Source: Bacillota bacterium (GTDB lineage Bacteria > Bacillota > SHA-98 > UBA4971). Taken from it: a DNA stretch of 64,000 nucleotides. Below are positions 1-8,683 of the stretch, piece by piece. The notes below the pieces were generated by a model. It searched no databases and had not been told where the DNA came from. It saw only the letters and a list, made by a program, of their open reading frames with translations. The DNA lies in contig JBLNDE010000058.1 in the NCBI GenBank assembly GCA_050261335.1, positions 102,968-166,967 of the forward strand, read 5' to 3'. A program made the position numbers and the translations under genes. How positions within the stretch are numbered: the first letter of the stretch is position 1; the number at the start of each line of letters is the position of its first letter.

Positions 1-94
1 GCGATCGTATATACCTCGCCACGGGGTTCCACGGTACCAGCATTGTCCTGGAGTTCGAGCTGCATGACCACAGGGAGAAGAAGGAGACGAGCCT

Positions 95-412
95 ATGCTG
101 ACCCTGCATGTGTCGTGGTCTGATTGCACCCGCCTGGTTGTCCTGGCCGGAGAGCTGGACATGGAAGGCGCTGCGGCGCTCGAGGAGGCTGCTCTCGCGG
201 GTACCGGGACGGGGCCGGGAACAGGGACCGAGACAGAGCTGGTCCTCGACTTTTCTCAGGTGGATTTCGTGGATTCCACCGGAATGTACTCCCTTGTGCG
301 GATCCACAGGGCCTGGCATGAGCGCGGGGGGCGCGTAACCATGATCAACCTGTCTGACGAGATCTCAGAAGTATTCGAATTGGTAGGGCTGACGGGAGGC
401 GACTTTTCATAA
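95..412 (+). CDS. STAS-domain anti-sigma-factor antagonist (SpoIIAA/RsbV-like)
   Basis: 105-aa ORF with STAS-like sequence (DFSQVDFVDSTGMYSL, conserved Ser/Thr region); AGGAGA RBS upstream of ATG; stop followed 1 nt later by start of phosphatase gene. Confidence 0.8.
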   Translation: MLTLHVSWSDCTRLVVLAGELDMEGAAALEEAALAGTGTGPGTGTETELVLDFSQVDFVDSTGMYSLVRIHRAWHERGGRVTMINLSDEISEVFELVGLTGGDFS

Positions 413-413
413 G

Positions 414-1202
414 ATGGCGACGCTGGCGGGCTTCCAGTCTGACCTCAGCACGCTACAGGGTCTTCAAGACCTCCTGACGCCGAAGTACCTTCCTCAGCTC
501 GAAGGGGCCGACATCGACGGGGCGAGCATCCCGGCCGGGGCCATCGGGGGCGATTACTTTGACGCGAGGGTGGCGCGGTCCGGCGCGCTTTTTATGTGCA
601 TGGCAGATGTGATGGGCAAGGGCCTCCGGGCTGCTCTTCTCAGCCTCAGCCTGCGCAGCGCGTTTCGCTCGGTATTGTGCTACGAGGAACGACACTGTGG
701 TATCATGAACGTTCTGAACCAGGTTGTCGGGGAGGAACTGCGCCGTGCAGGCGCGTTTGCCACCTTTTGCCTGCTCAGCTTCGAACCGGGGGCGAGGAGC
801 CTGGCGTGCAGCAACGCCGGTCACTGTCCGCCCCTGATCTACACTAACGGACACGCCACATACTTTGGAGGTGCAGGGCAGGCTTTGGGGCTCTCCGAGA
901 ATTGCCCGGCACCCGTCGCCGAGACTGCCCGGCTGGCACCAGGGGAGGTTGTGGTGCTCTATACCGATGGTCTTGTGGAGGCCCGGAACCCTCCTGGAGA
1001 GAAGTTCGGAAAAGAGCGGCTGCAGCACGCGGTGGAGGAGTCCGTCGCCCTGCGCGCAACGGAGATCCGGGAGGCCATACTGAGCCGGTTATTCTCATTT
1101 ACCGACGGCCAGGAACAGCGGGATGACATCACCCTGGCGGTTCTCAAGATCAAGGTCGAGGAGGGCGGTGCCAGGCTTGGAGGTTCAGAGAGAGCAACTT
1201 GA
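414..1202 (+). CDS. PP2C-family serine phosphatase (SpoIIE/RsbU-type catalytic domain only)
   Basis: 262-aa ORF with PP2C/SpoIIE motifs (GDYFD, ADVMGKG, DGLVEA, QRDDIT); no N-terminal sensor domain; sits between two STAS genes. Confidence 0.8.
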   Translation: MATLAGFQSDLSTLQGLQDLLTPKYLPQLEGADIDGASIPAGAIGGDYFDARVARSGALFMCMADVMGKGLRAALLSLSLRSAFRSVLCYEERHCGIMNVLNQVVGEELRRAGAFATFCLLSFEPGARSLACSNAGHCPPLIYTNGHATYFGGAGQALGLSENCPAPVAETARLAPGEVVVLYTDGLVEARNPPGEKFGKERLQHAVEESVALRATEIREAILSRLFSFTDGQEQRDDITLAVLKIKVEEGGARLGGSERAT

Positions 1203-1491
1203 CAGTGGGACGATCCTGCGAGTCTCGGGCGAGCTCGACTTCAGTAATGTCCACGACTTGCAGGAACAGATAGAGACCCAGCTTACGGGGACGGTGGAAG
1301 TCGACCTCTCGGGTCTCGCCTTCATGGACTCCTCCGGGATGGGCATGTTGCTCAACGTCGCGAGAAAGCTGGCATCGCGGGGGCAAGTGCTGAGTGTAAC
1401 CAACATCCCCGTCGAGATCCGCGAAAGCATGGCGCTGGTCGGCTTTTTCCACATTCTGGGGGACCTCTTCCCTGAGAGCCGGGCGGAATGA
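1177..1491 (+). CDS. second STAS-domain anti-sigma-factor antagonist
   Basis: STAS-like sequence (LSGLAFMDSSGMGMLLNV); ORF opens at 1123 but overlaps the phosphatase; in-frame TTG at 1177 preceded by GAGGAGGGCGG is the likely start; stop overlaps ATG of next gene (ATGA). Confidence 0.7.
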   Translation: MEVQREQLDSGTILRVSGELDFSNVHDLQEQIETQLTGTVEVDLSGLAFMDSSGMGMLLNVARKLASRGQVLSVTNIPVEIRESMALVGFFHILGDLFPESRAE

Positions 1492-3335
1492 AGATGGTGT
1501 CATCGATGTCGGATCCCTCTGCGATCGCTTCAGCAAATGATGGCGGTGAGGCGACAGGGCCTGTGGCCTGGGTGACGGGGGGCCAGGTATACGTAAGGCA
1601 CGAACCAGGCGGTCCGTACCCTGTGCTCAAACCCGGCCCGGGCGTGGAGTTGTATGTCAACGGGCGCCGCTGTGGCGATCCTGCTCTGGTCACGATGGCC
1701 GACTCGGTGGAAGTGCGTGGTGTAGACGAGACCGTCGCGGGGAAATGGGAGCTAAACGTGAGCGACGACGGCATGGCAGCCGCTCTCAGGGTAAGCCCGC
1801 GCATCGTCACGAGACGCACCATCCGCGACTTGCCACCGTCGCCCATTCTGGAGCTTGTCGCCGAAGAAAGCAGGGAGTACCTGCCTCCTGCTTCCCTGGA
1901 GCAGATCCTGGAGGCCATGCAACAGCATGGAATCGTGTTCGGTATCGACGAAGCTGCGTGCCGAGAAATGGCCCGGTGCGCCGACGAGAGGGAGCTGACC
2001 GTTGCCAGGGGTGTGCCGCCGGAGGCCGGCGTGGACGGCAGGGTCGAGATCCTGTTCTGGCCGGAGGCCAGAAGGCCCCTGAGCAAGACGAATGAACACG
2101 ATCGTGTCGATTTCCGCGAGCGGTTCCAGTTCACCTCGATAGAGCCCGGAACCGTGCTGGCCCGAAAGGTGCCGCCGACACCTGGGAAGCCGGGACGAGA
2201 CGTCTTTGGCAGGCTGGTCCCGCCTCCGCCGGCCAGGAGCATGGAGATCGTGGTGGGCAAGGGGGTCGTCCTGAGCGCCGACGGCATGGAGGCCGTTGCC
2301 GTCCGCTCCGGTCGCCCTGTCGCGGGTCGGCAGGGTGAGGGTGTGTACCTGGCGGTTCGAGAGGTCCTTGCGGTCGATCATGATGTCGGCATAGAGTCAG
2401 GGAACGTTGCTTTCCGGGGAGACGTCCACATCACGGGGAACGTCCTGGAAGGGATGATGGTCAGAGCGGGCGGTCACGTCATCATCCGTGGATATGTGGC
2501 CGGCGCCACCGTCCGCGCCGGTGGCGGGGTTCTCATCTCCGGCAATGTCTTTTCCTCGCAAGTGACCGCCGGCGGCGCGTCCTCCGCCGCCCGCGAGGTG
2601 GCTTCGGTGCTGCGGAACATACAGAGCCGGTTGGGTGATCTATTGGCCGCCACCGACCAGGTGCAGCGGCATCCGGCCTTTCGCCAGGCCGACCTCCGGG
2701 ACGGCCCGGGACCGCTATTGCGGCTCCTCCTGGAACGGAAGTTCCGCGATCTTCCGTCTCTGGTGCGGGTTCTCGGGCAGGCTGTCAAGCTTTTGCCGCC
2801 TGAGATGTGGGATGAGGAGCTGTCGGGGCTGTGCCGCCAGTTGGAGATAGCGCTGGTTTTCTCTCCCATGACGGTGAGGGACGTGAGCTCACTCAGGCTG
2901 CTGGCCGCAGCCGCCCGGGACATGGAGGCAGAGTTCGGGCCACACGACGGCGAGGGCACCGATCTCGTGGTCGGGTACGCGCTCAACTCCACGCTGGCGA
3001 GCGCCGGCGCGGTCAGAGTGGTAGGTAGCGGCTGCTACAACACGCGCATTCTGGCCGGGGCGGGAGTGGTCATCGTTGGCAGCTGCAGGGGAGGGGAGGT
3101 GGAGGCGGGAGGCGATGTCGTTGTCGGCGAGCTTGGATCTCAGGCCGGCGTGAAGACGTCGGTGAGGGTCCCACCCGGCTCAAAGGTCACGGTAAGGCTG
3201 GTCTGGGAGCACGTGCAGGTTCAGGTGGGTCACCAGGCCCACCGCTTCGATCGGCAGGCAAGAAACGTGCGCCTGGCCCTCGACCGCGAAGGAAAGCTCC
3301 GGTTGAGCCGGGTTCGAAGGCTCGCGGCATGGTGA
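1488..3335 (+). CDS. FapA-like / DUF342-family protein (flagellar-assembly-protein-A-like, beta-helical repeats)
   Basis: 615-aa ORF; N-terminal region resembles DUF342/FapA (IVFGIDEAA, GTVLARKVPPTPGKPGRDVFGR); central hexapeptide-like G-N-V/A-G-G repeats typical of this family; translationally coupled to upstream STAS gene. Confidence 0.65.
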   Translation: MKMVSSMSDPSAIASANDGGEATGPVAWVTGGQVYVRHEPGGPYPVLKPGPGVELYVNGRRCGDPALVTMADSVEVRGVDETVAGKWELNVSDDGMAAALRVSPRIVTRRTIRDLPPSPILELVAEESREYLPPASLEQILEAMQQHGIVFGIDEAACREMARCADERELTVARGVPPEAGVDGRVEILFWPEARRPLSKTNEHDRVDFRERFQFTSIEPGTVLARKVPPTPGKPGRDVFGRLVPPPPARSMEIVVGKGVVLSADGMEAVAVRSGRPVAGRQGEGVYLAVREVLAVDHDVGIESGNVAFRGDVHITGNVLEGMMVRAGGHVIIRGYVAGATVRAGGGVLISGNVFSSQVTAGGASSAAREVASVLRNIQSRLGDLLAATDQVQRHPAFRQADLRDGPGPLLRLLLERKFRDLPSLVRVLGQAVKLLPPEMWDEELSGLCRQLEIALVFSPMTVRDVSSLRLLAAAARDMEAEFGPHDGEGTDLVVGYALNSTLASAGAVRVVGSGCYNTRILAGAGVVIVGSCRGGEVEAGGDVVVGELGSQAGVKTSVRVPPGSKVTVRLVWEHVQVQVGHQAHRFDRQARNVRLALDREGKLRLSRVRRLAAW

Positions 3336-3519
3336 GCGCAGGCCTCCTCGATCTCTCGTGCGAGGTCGCACCTGTTGGGACGACCTCGCTCCATGCCCTG
3401 GTTGGGCCGGCCGTGCCGTCCGCGGTTCGGGAGGCGGCGTTCGTCCGCAGGCCTCGATCGGTGCGGGCAAGAGCTGCCTCGCTGTCATCCATCGGTAGCC
3501 TCACCAAAATGCCCGTCCG

Positions 3520-3548
3520 GAGATCCCAACTTGTGTGATACAATCTCA
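3520..3548 (+). promoter_or_regulatory. candidate sigmaA promoter with extended -10 (TGTGATACAAT) upstream of the NhaC-like gene
   Basis: Sequence cttgtgtgatacaatctc; located ~100 nt upstream of the predicted start. Confidence 0.35.
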
Positions 3549-3641
3549 TTGCGGTGCGCCCGCTGTGCCGGGCGAGTGACGCCCGATTCGGGATGGATCG
3601 GGGTGGCTGGGAGGTTACGGAGCGTGCGCAGGACTTTCTCG

Positions 3642-5243
3642 GTGGCAGAGGCATCGTTCATTCTCGCCGGAATTGTGGTGCTGCTTGCCATATCCATTGC
3701 TGTGCTACTCATACCTGCGTACTGGCCCCTGTTCACGGCGCTGTTCGGGTGCGTGTGTCTGGCCTTGCGCCGGGGGTTCCCTCTCAGCGCGGTGCTGGAG
3801 ATGGCGCGCGAGGGCGTCGGGAAGGCGATGGTGCCGATCTGGATGCTGGCGCTCATCGGCGCGCTGATGGGCCTGTGGCGGCTCAACGGGACGGCGGCGA
3901 CCATAGCCGTCTATGGCAGCCCCCTGGTGAGCGCGAGGCATTTCGCGCTCGGAGCTTTCCTTTTGTGTGCCGTGGTTTCCATGGCCATGGGGACTGCCAA
4001 CGGCGCGGCGAGCATAATCGGCCTCCCGCTCATGATGGTTGCACAGGCGCACCGACTGCCGCCCGGATTCATCGCCGGGGCCGTGGTCTCCGGCATTTAC
4101 CTGGGCGACCGCTCATCGCTGGTGTCGAGCGTCCTCCACATGGTCTCGCGCCTGACCGGGAGCGAACCCCGGGCAGTGTTCCGCCGGCTTGCGGCAACGC
4201 TGGTTCCTGCAGTGGCGCTGTCAGCGCTGCTATACTGGCTCGGCGGCCCCGGCCCCGCGGACAGCGGCAGGGGGGGTGCGTCCCTCTCCGCATCCGCCCC
4301 CGTATCCGTAACCGCGGTCGCATCTGCGTCTGCACTGGGACCTCCACCCGGGCGAGCAGACGCACAGGTGTTTGCGCCTGTAGCTGCACGTGCGTTTTCA
4401 CCTTCACTTTCACCTCCACCTTCGCCTTTACCTGAACCTGCGCCTGGGCCCGGGCCGGGCTCTGCCTCCGCCCCCGCTTCGTGCTCCGCGTCTGAGCCTC
4501 CACCGGCATCAGGATCGCCCGCCATCCTCGATGCTCTCAAACGGAGCGGCGGCGTTTCGCCCGTTCTTTTGCTCGCCCCGGCTTGCATGATGATCCTGGC
4601 CGCTTTCAGGGTGCCGATCCTCACGAACCTCTCCCTGAACGTCCTGGTGGCCGCGGCCGTTGCCATCGTTGCACAGCGCGCGTCGCCCGTCATAGTGGCT
4701 CGCACAGCCCTTCTCGGGCACCACCCGCCCGGCACTGCGGCTCTGGCCGCCGTAACAGCCGGAGGCGGGCTCGCGTCGATGGTCGGCGTCCTGCTCGTGC
4801 TGATCTCGTCAACCGCCCTGTCGGGCGTCCTTGTGGGGACCGGGATCTTCGACGCCGCCCTCGGGAAGTGGCTTTCGGGCCTTGCGAGCCCACGCAGGAT
4901 CCTCCTTGCCAGCATGGGCTTCAGTATCGCAACAGGCATGGCCGCAGCGAATCAGGCCATCTCGGTGGTACTTCCGTGCACGCTGCTCGAACGTGTCTAC
5001 CGCGAGAAGGGGATGCCCGGGCTTGCCCTCGCCCATGCGGTCTCAGACTCCGGCGTCATAGTCGCGCCGCTCGTCCCATGGAGCGTGGCAGCGCTCGGGC
5101 CTGCTGCGATCCTCGGCGTTGCGCCCGCCGCGTACCTGCCGTACGCGTTTCTCTGCTGGACGCTTCCCGCGGTCTCGGTTGCGTGGATCCTGCTGAGAGA
5201 GGCTACTTACGCCCCGCGCCTCGCGGAGGCACGCCGGCAATAG
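3642..5243 (+). CDS. Na+/H+ antiporter NhaC-family membrane transporter with internal low-complexity linker
   Basis: Multi-TM protein resembling NhaC family; ORF opens at 3375 but the hydrophobic core begins at in-frame GTG 3642; ~90-aa Pro/Ala/Ser/Gly-rich insertion between the two halves. Confidence 0.6.
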   Translation: MAEASFILAGIVVLLAISIAVLLIPAYWPLFTALFGCVCLALRRGFPLSAVLEMAREGVGKAMVPIWMLALIGALMGLWRLNGTAATIAVYGSPLVSARHFALGAFLLCAVVSMAMGTANGAASIIGLPLMMVAQAHRLPPGFIAGAVVSGIYLGDRSSLVSSVLHMVSRLTGSEPRAVFRRLAATLVPAVALSALLYWLGGPGPADSGRGGASLSASAPVSVTAVASASALGPPPGRADAQVFAPVAARAFSPSLSPPPSPLPEPAPGPGPGSASAPASCSASEPPPASGSPAILDALKRSGGVSPVLLLAPACMMILAAFRVPILTNLSLNVLVAAAVAIVAQRASPVIVARTALLGHHPPGTAALAAVTAGGGLASMVGVLLVLISSTALSGVLVGTGIFDAALGKWLSGLASPRRILLASMGFSIATGMAAANQAISVVLPCTLLERVYREKGMPGLALAHAVSDSGVIVAPLVPWSVAALGPAAILGVAPAAYLPYAFLCWTLPAVSVAWILLREATYAPRLAEARRQ

Positions 5244-5602
5244 CGACTGTGCCGCCGGACCGGCCTCCGAGCCGGTCCCCAAGCCGGCCTCCGGGTCGGC
5301 CCCTGGGTCGGCCGCCTGGCCTCGCGGCGGCACCGCAAGTACAGGTCCGCCGTCGGCTGTACAGTCGGGTCAGCTCGGGTCCACCTGCCAGGCAGGAATC
5401 CAGATTTGCATGTGGAAGCCTACAACTTTGTGAACCTCTGCGTCACGCCATCCGGGTTGCGGCCTTGCGTGACTGCGCCTGGCTTCGCCGCCCTGCACCA
5501 CGCCATGCCACGCCGCACTGCGCCGACCGATGATTCCCGGGAGTTGGACGATAGACGAATACACGCCATGATGGCCATTGGAGGGCCAAGCGGGCTTCCA
5601 TC

Positions 5603-6916
5603 ATGATCAGAAAGGCAGCGATGAAAGCACAAACAGGGTCAATGGCCACGCGCATTGCGCGGGCGTTCGCAGGCAATTTCGGCCGGATTCGAGGAAACGC
5701 CAGAGCCATCCTGCTTCTCGAACCCATGTGGGCCATACCCTTCAGCATGTACAGCGTCTATGCCAGCCTGTTCATGCGGGAACTCGGCCTCACCTCGCAG
5801 CAGATCGGCCTTCTGGCCTCGGTGGGCATGGCGAGCACGATTCTGAGTTCGGGCGTCTCCGGCTATGTCACAGATCGGCTCGGGCGGCGGCGGACAACCC
5901 TCATCTTCGACATGGCGTGCTGGTCGGCCTCGACGCTCGCCTGGGCCACTGCGCACGGTTTCTGGCAGTTCTTCCTGGCGGCTGTCCTCAACGGGTTGCA
6001 GGCCGTTCCTATGACATCCTGGACATGTCTGCTCGTGGAGGATAGCGACCCGCACGACCGGCTTCCCATTTTCACGGCCCTGCAGGTGATAACCGTAGCG
6101 GCGTCCTTTGCCACCCCTCTTGCGGGGCTGGCTATCCGGCGCTACGGGGTGGTGACAGGCACCCGGGGCCTGTATCTTTTTGCCTTCATCAGCATGACCA
6201 CGATGTTCCTGCTACGCAACCACCTTACGCGGGAGACCCGGGTGGGCCATGCCCGGAGGAGCGCCACGGGCTCGCATGGATTCCGGGAGTCGCTGAGCGA
6301 ACATGGCGGCGCGCTCCGTTCGATGCTGCGACACCGTGAGGCCCTCACATACTTCCTCCTTGCGGCAATTGTATGGTTCCGCGACAGCCTCACCCTGCCG
6401 TTCGGGCAGTTGCTGCTGGTTGACCGCCTGGGGTTGCCAGGCGACATCCTGGCGACGTTTCCCGCCCTGGGCGCCGTCGCAACGCTTCTGGTATCGGCGT
6501 TCGTCCTGCCAGCCCTTGCGCGGCACGAGGGCGCGGGGATCCTGGGTGGCCTGGCCTTGTCCGGGGCGTCCACAGCCATACTGCTCTGCGTGCCTCGCGG
6601 CAGCGTGGCCGGCGTGGTGGTGAGCAGCGTCGTCGGAGCTGCCGGCGCCGCGATGTTCGTGCCGGCCCTGAACACCGGATGGAACAACTCGCTCTCTGAC
6701 AGCGGGAGAGCGCAGATCCTGGCCATGTCCTCCACCACCTGGGGCCTAGCCCGCCTTCCGGCAGGCTGGATCGGTGGGCAGCTTTACGCCCTCGCGCCGG
6801 TATCGCCCTTTTACGCCGGGCTCGCTCTGACCGTGGCTGGCATGGCCCTGGTCTCCTTGCGGGCGATGCGGACGGCTCCCCACGCGAGATCCCCCCGCAG
6901 CGAGCGTGCGATGTAA
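5603..6916 (+). CDS. MFS-family transporter
   Basis: 437-aa ORF with 12 predicted TM segments and MFS signature-like motif (GYVTDRLGRRRT); alternative ATG at 5621. Confidence 0.75.
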   Translation: MIRKAAMKAQTGSMATRIARAFAGNFGRIRGNARAILLLEPMWAIPFSMYSVYASLFMRELGLTSQQIGLLASVGMASTILSSGVSGYVTDRLGRRRTTLIFDMACWSASTLAWATAHGFWQFFLAAVLNGLQAVPMTSWTCLLVEDSDPHDRLPIFTALQVITVAASFATPLAGLAIRRYGVVTGTRGLYLFAFISMTTMFLLRNHLTRETRVGHARRSATGSHGFRESLSEHGGALRSMLRHREALTYFLLAAIVWFRDSLTLPFGQLLLVDRLGLPGDILATFPALGAVATLLVSAFVLPALARHEGAGILGGLALSGASTAILLCVPRGSVAGVVVSSVVGAAGAAMFVPALNTGWNNSLSDSGRAQILAMSSTTWGLARLPAGWIGGQLYALAPVSPFYAGLALTVAGMALVSLRAMRTAPHARSPRSERAM

Positions 6917-7018
6917 CCCTCTTTGGCCTCCTTTCTTCCTGCCCCAGGGATCCTCCTTGCCAGCCGCCCGGCCGGCGTCTGCTGCCAGGTGGCCGGCGCC
7001 AGGGCGCCGGGTGGCGGT

Positions 7019-7048
7019 TGACAGTGCGGGCTGCGTCCCGTAGACTTG
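7019..7048 (+). promoter_or_regulatory. candidate sigmaA promoter (TTGACA-17-TAGACT)
   Basis: ggTTGACAgtgcgggctgcgtcccgTAGACTtgg upstream of the Uma2 remnant. Confidence 0.35.
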
Positions 7049-7101
7049 GTGTATGGATGGAATTCCCAACACGATTGCCGAAGTGAGGACGGGTGAGCAG
7101 A

Positions 7102-7539
7102 GTGACGGACTCGCGCGATTCGGATATGTCGCGGGAGACCGCCCCGAAGTACGTGGCGACCAGTATACCGCTCACGTACGATGACTACTGCCGGAAGCCG
7201 CCTGGGCAGAGATACCAGCTCGTCGAGGGGACCTTATGATGGTGCAGTCGCCAAACGTGTTTCATCAGGAGACCTCCGGCAGGATAGGGGATGCTCTGCG
7301 CCGGTGGATCCATGGCAACAGCTTCGGCAAAGTGTACCATGCCCCCGTCGACGTGGTGCTGGGGGAACACAACGTCTTCCAGCTGGGTGGTCGATCCCGA
7401 AGCTCGGAGCGTCGAGGCGGCCGCCCACAATGGGCATGAGCTTGCCACTGTGCAGGTCTATCCGCGCGGAACGTCGCTTGAGACCCCCTTTTTGCCCGGG
7501 CTTGCGCTGCACATAGACGGGCTTTTCCGTGAAGAGTGA
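7102..7539 (+). pseudogene. Uma2-family (DUF820) endonuclease remnant, frameshifted and internally deleted
   Basis: Three frames carry consecutive pieces of a Uma2-like protein: ...IPLTYDDYCRKPPGQRYQLVEGTL* (stop at ~7237), then MMVQSPNVFHQETSGRIGDALRRWIHGNSFGKVYHAPVDVVLGEHNVFQ, then ...WVVDPEARSVEAAAHNGHELATVQVYPRG...LPGLALHIDGLF; the central PD-(D/E)xK segment appears missing. Confidence 0.55.
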
Positions 7540-7670
7540 ATGGTATAGGGGTTTCGCCGGCCGTTTTCGGCTTCCTTTCGTGGTGTATAATGTACGTGGG
7601 CCGCTCGAGTCCAACGGTAAGACCCTGCGTGTCGTTTCGAGAGACAACGGCCTGGATGGGAGTTGGTAGC

Positions 7671-8153
7671 ATGCCACGGCCGCCCAAGTGCAGGCGAGTG
7701 GAGTTCCTACCCGAGGTGACTGTATTCAAGCCCGCCGGCGTTCCCATGCGCGGGCTCCGGGAAGAGGTGCTGACCGTCGAGGAACTGGAGGCCGTCCGCC
7801 TGAAAGACCTCGAGGGACTCGAGCAGGAGGAGTGCGCCGAAAGGATGCAGGTCTCGCGGCCGACCTTCCAGAGGGTTCTCGTGTCTGCAAGGGAGAAGAT
7901 CGCAAGGGCCCTGGTCGAAGGCATGGCCATTCGTGTGCAAGGCGGCACCTACCGTCTCGCCTCGCGCACGTTCCAATGCCGAGCCTGCGGCCACGAGTTC
8001 GAGGTGTCCTTTGGCACCGGTCAGCGCGGGATCGACATGACCTGTCCACAGTGTGGGGCTGGCGAGGTTCATCGCACCGACCAGGACGGTCACGGGTCCG
8101 GCAACATGCCCTGGGGTCGCCGCGGCCGGGGGTGGGAGCGGGAGCGGGAGTAG
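7671..8153 (+). CDS. DUF134-family protein with C-terminal zinc-ribbon (CxxC...CxxC)
   Basis: [70 protein letters not shown] matches DUF134 (UPF0251); GGGAG RBS before ATG 7671; C-terminal CRACGHEF...CPQCG. Confidence 0.7.
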   Translation: MPRPPKCRRVEFLPEVTVFKPAGVPMRGLREEVLTVEELEAVRLKDLEGLEQEECAERMQVSRPTFQRVLVSAREKIARALVEGMAIRVQGGTYRLASRTFQCRACGHEFEVSFGTGQRGIDMTCPQCGAGEVHRTDQDGHGSGNMPWGRRGRGWERERE

Positions 8154-8235
8154 CCGTCCCGGGCTGGGGACGCGTCGCAAGAGCGCAAGGCGTCCGACCA
8201 GGCCTCTTCCATCGTTCCCAGGCGTTTCGATACGT

Positions 8236-8533
8236 GCCGTTTCTTCAGCACGCTTTTTCTTCAACGCGCGTAACGTTGGGCAGATACCGGATGCGGACGG
8301 CGTCGGGATGATCTGAGACCTCTCTCAGGAGCTTGCCATGGGCAAGACCCTCGAGGAGGCCTGCGCCATCACGGAGGGGGGACGTCCTGCGAAGCCTCGG
8401 TGGCCTGCCTGAGCACAAGATCCACTGTTCCGCGCTCGGCCCCGCAGCGCTTCGGCTGGCGATCTTCGACTACATCAGGAAGTCGCGGCGGCGCGAGGGC
8501 GGCGCCGAGGCGGGGGCGGCGGAGGCGCAATGA
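8236..8533 (+). pseudogene. IscU/NifU-type Fe-S scaffold remnant (internal deletion of cluster-ligand region plus frameshift)
   Basis: N-terminal-like segment ...FNARNVGQIPDADGVGMI* joined directly to a C-terminal-like segment LSQELAMGKTLEEACAITEG / (frameshift at G-run ~8378) / DVLRSLGGLPEHKIHCSALGPAALRLAIFDYIRK; the Cys-containing middle (~70 codons) is absent. Confidence 0.5.
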
Positions 8534-8683
8534 AGCGTTGAGCAGACGTGGACAGGTGCGAAAGCCGGCTACGGGCCATGCAGGGCACGCAGGAATGCCG
8601 GGGTACGGCGGAGAATGAAATGGCCGTGCGCATTACCTGTGTGTACCGTACGTGTATCCTGCGGAACAGGAGGGTCGCGTGAA

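Noticed and set aside
1352-2287. 311-aa minus-strand ORF
   Set aside because: Antisense to the FapA/DUF342 gene; low-complexity Pro/Ser/Thr-rich translation; no RBS.
4097-4939. 280-aa minus-strand ORF
   Set aside because: Antisense to the NhaC-like transporter; composition-driven open frame.
5250-5340. Short GC-rich direct repeats (ccggcctccg / ggtcggcc) downstream of the NhaC-like gene
   Set aside because: Low-complexity GC-rich sequence without a clear unit length or second copy; too weak to call a repeat element.
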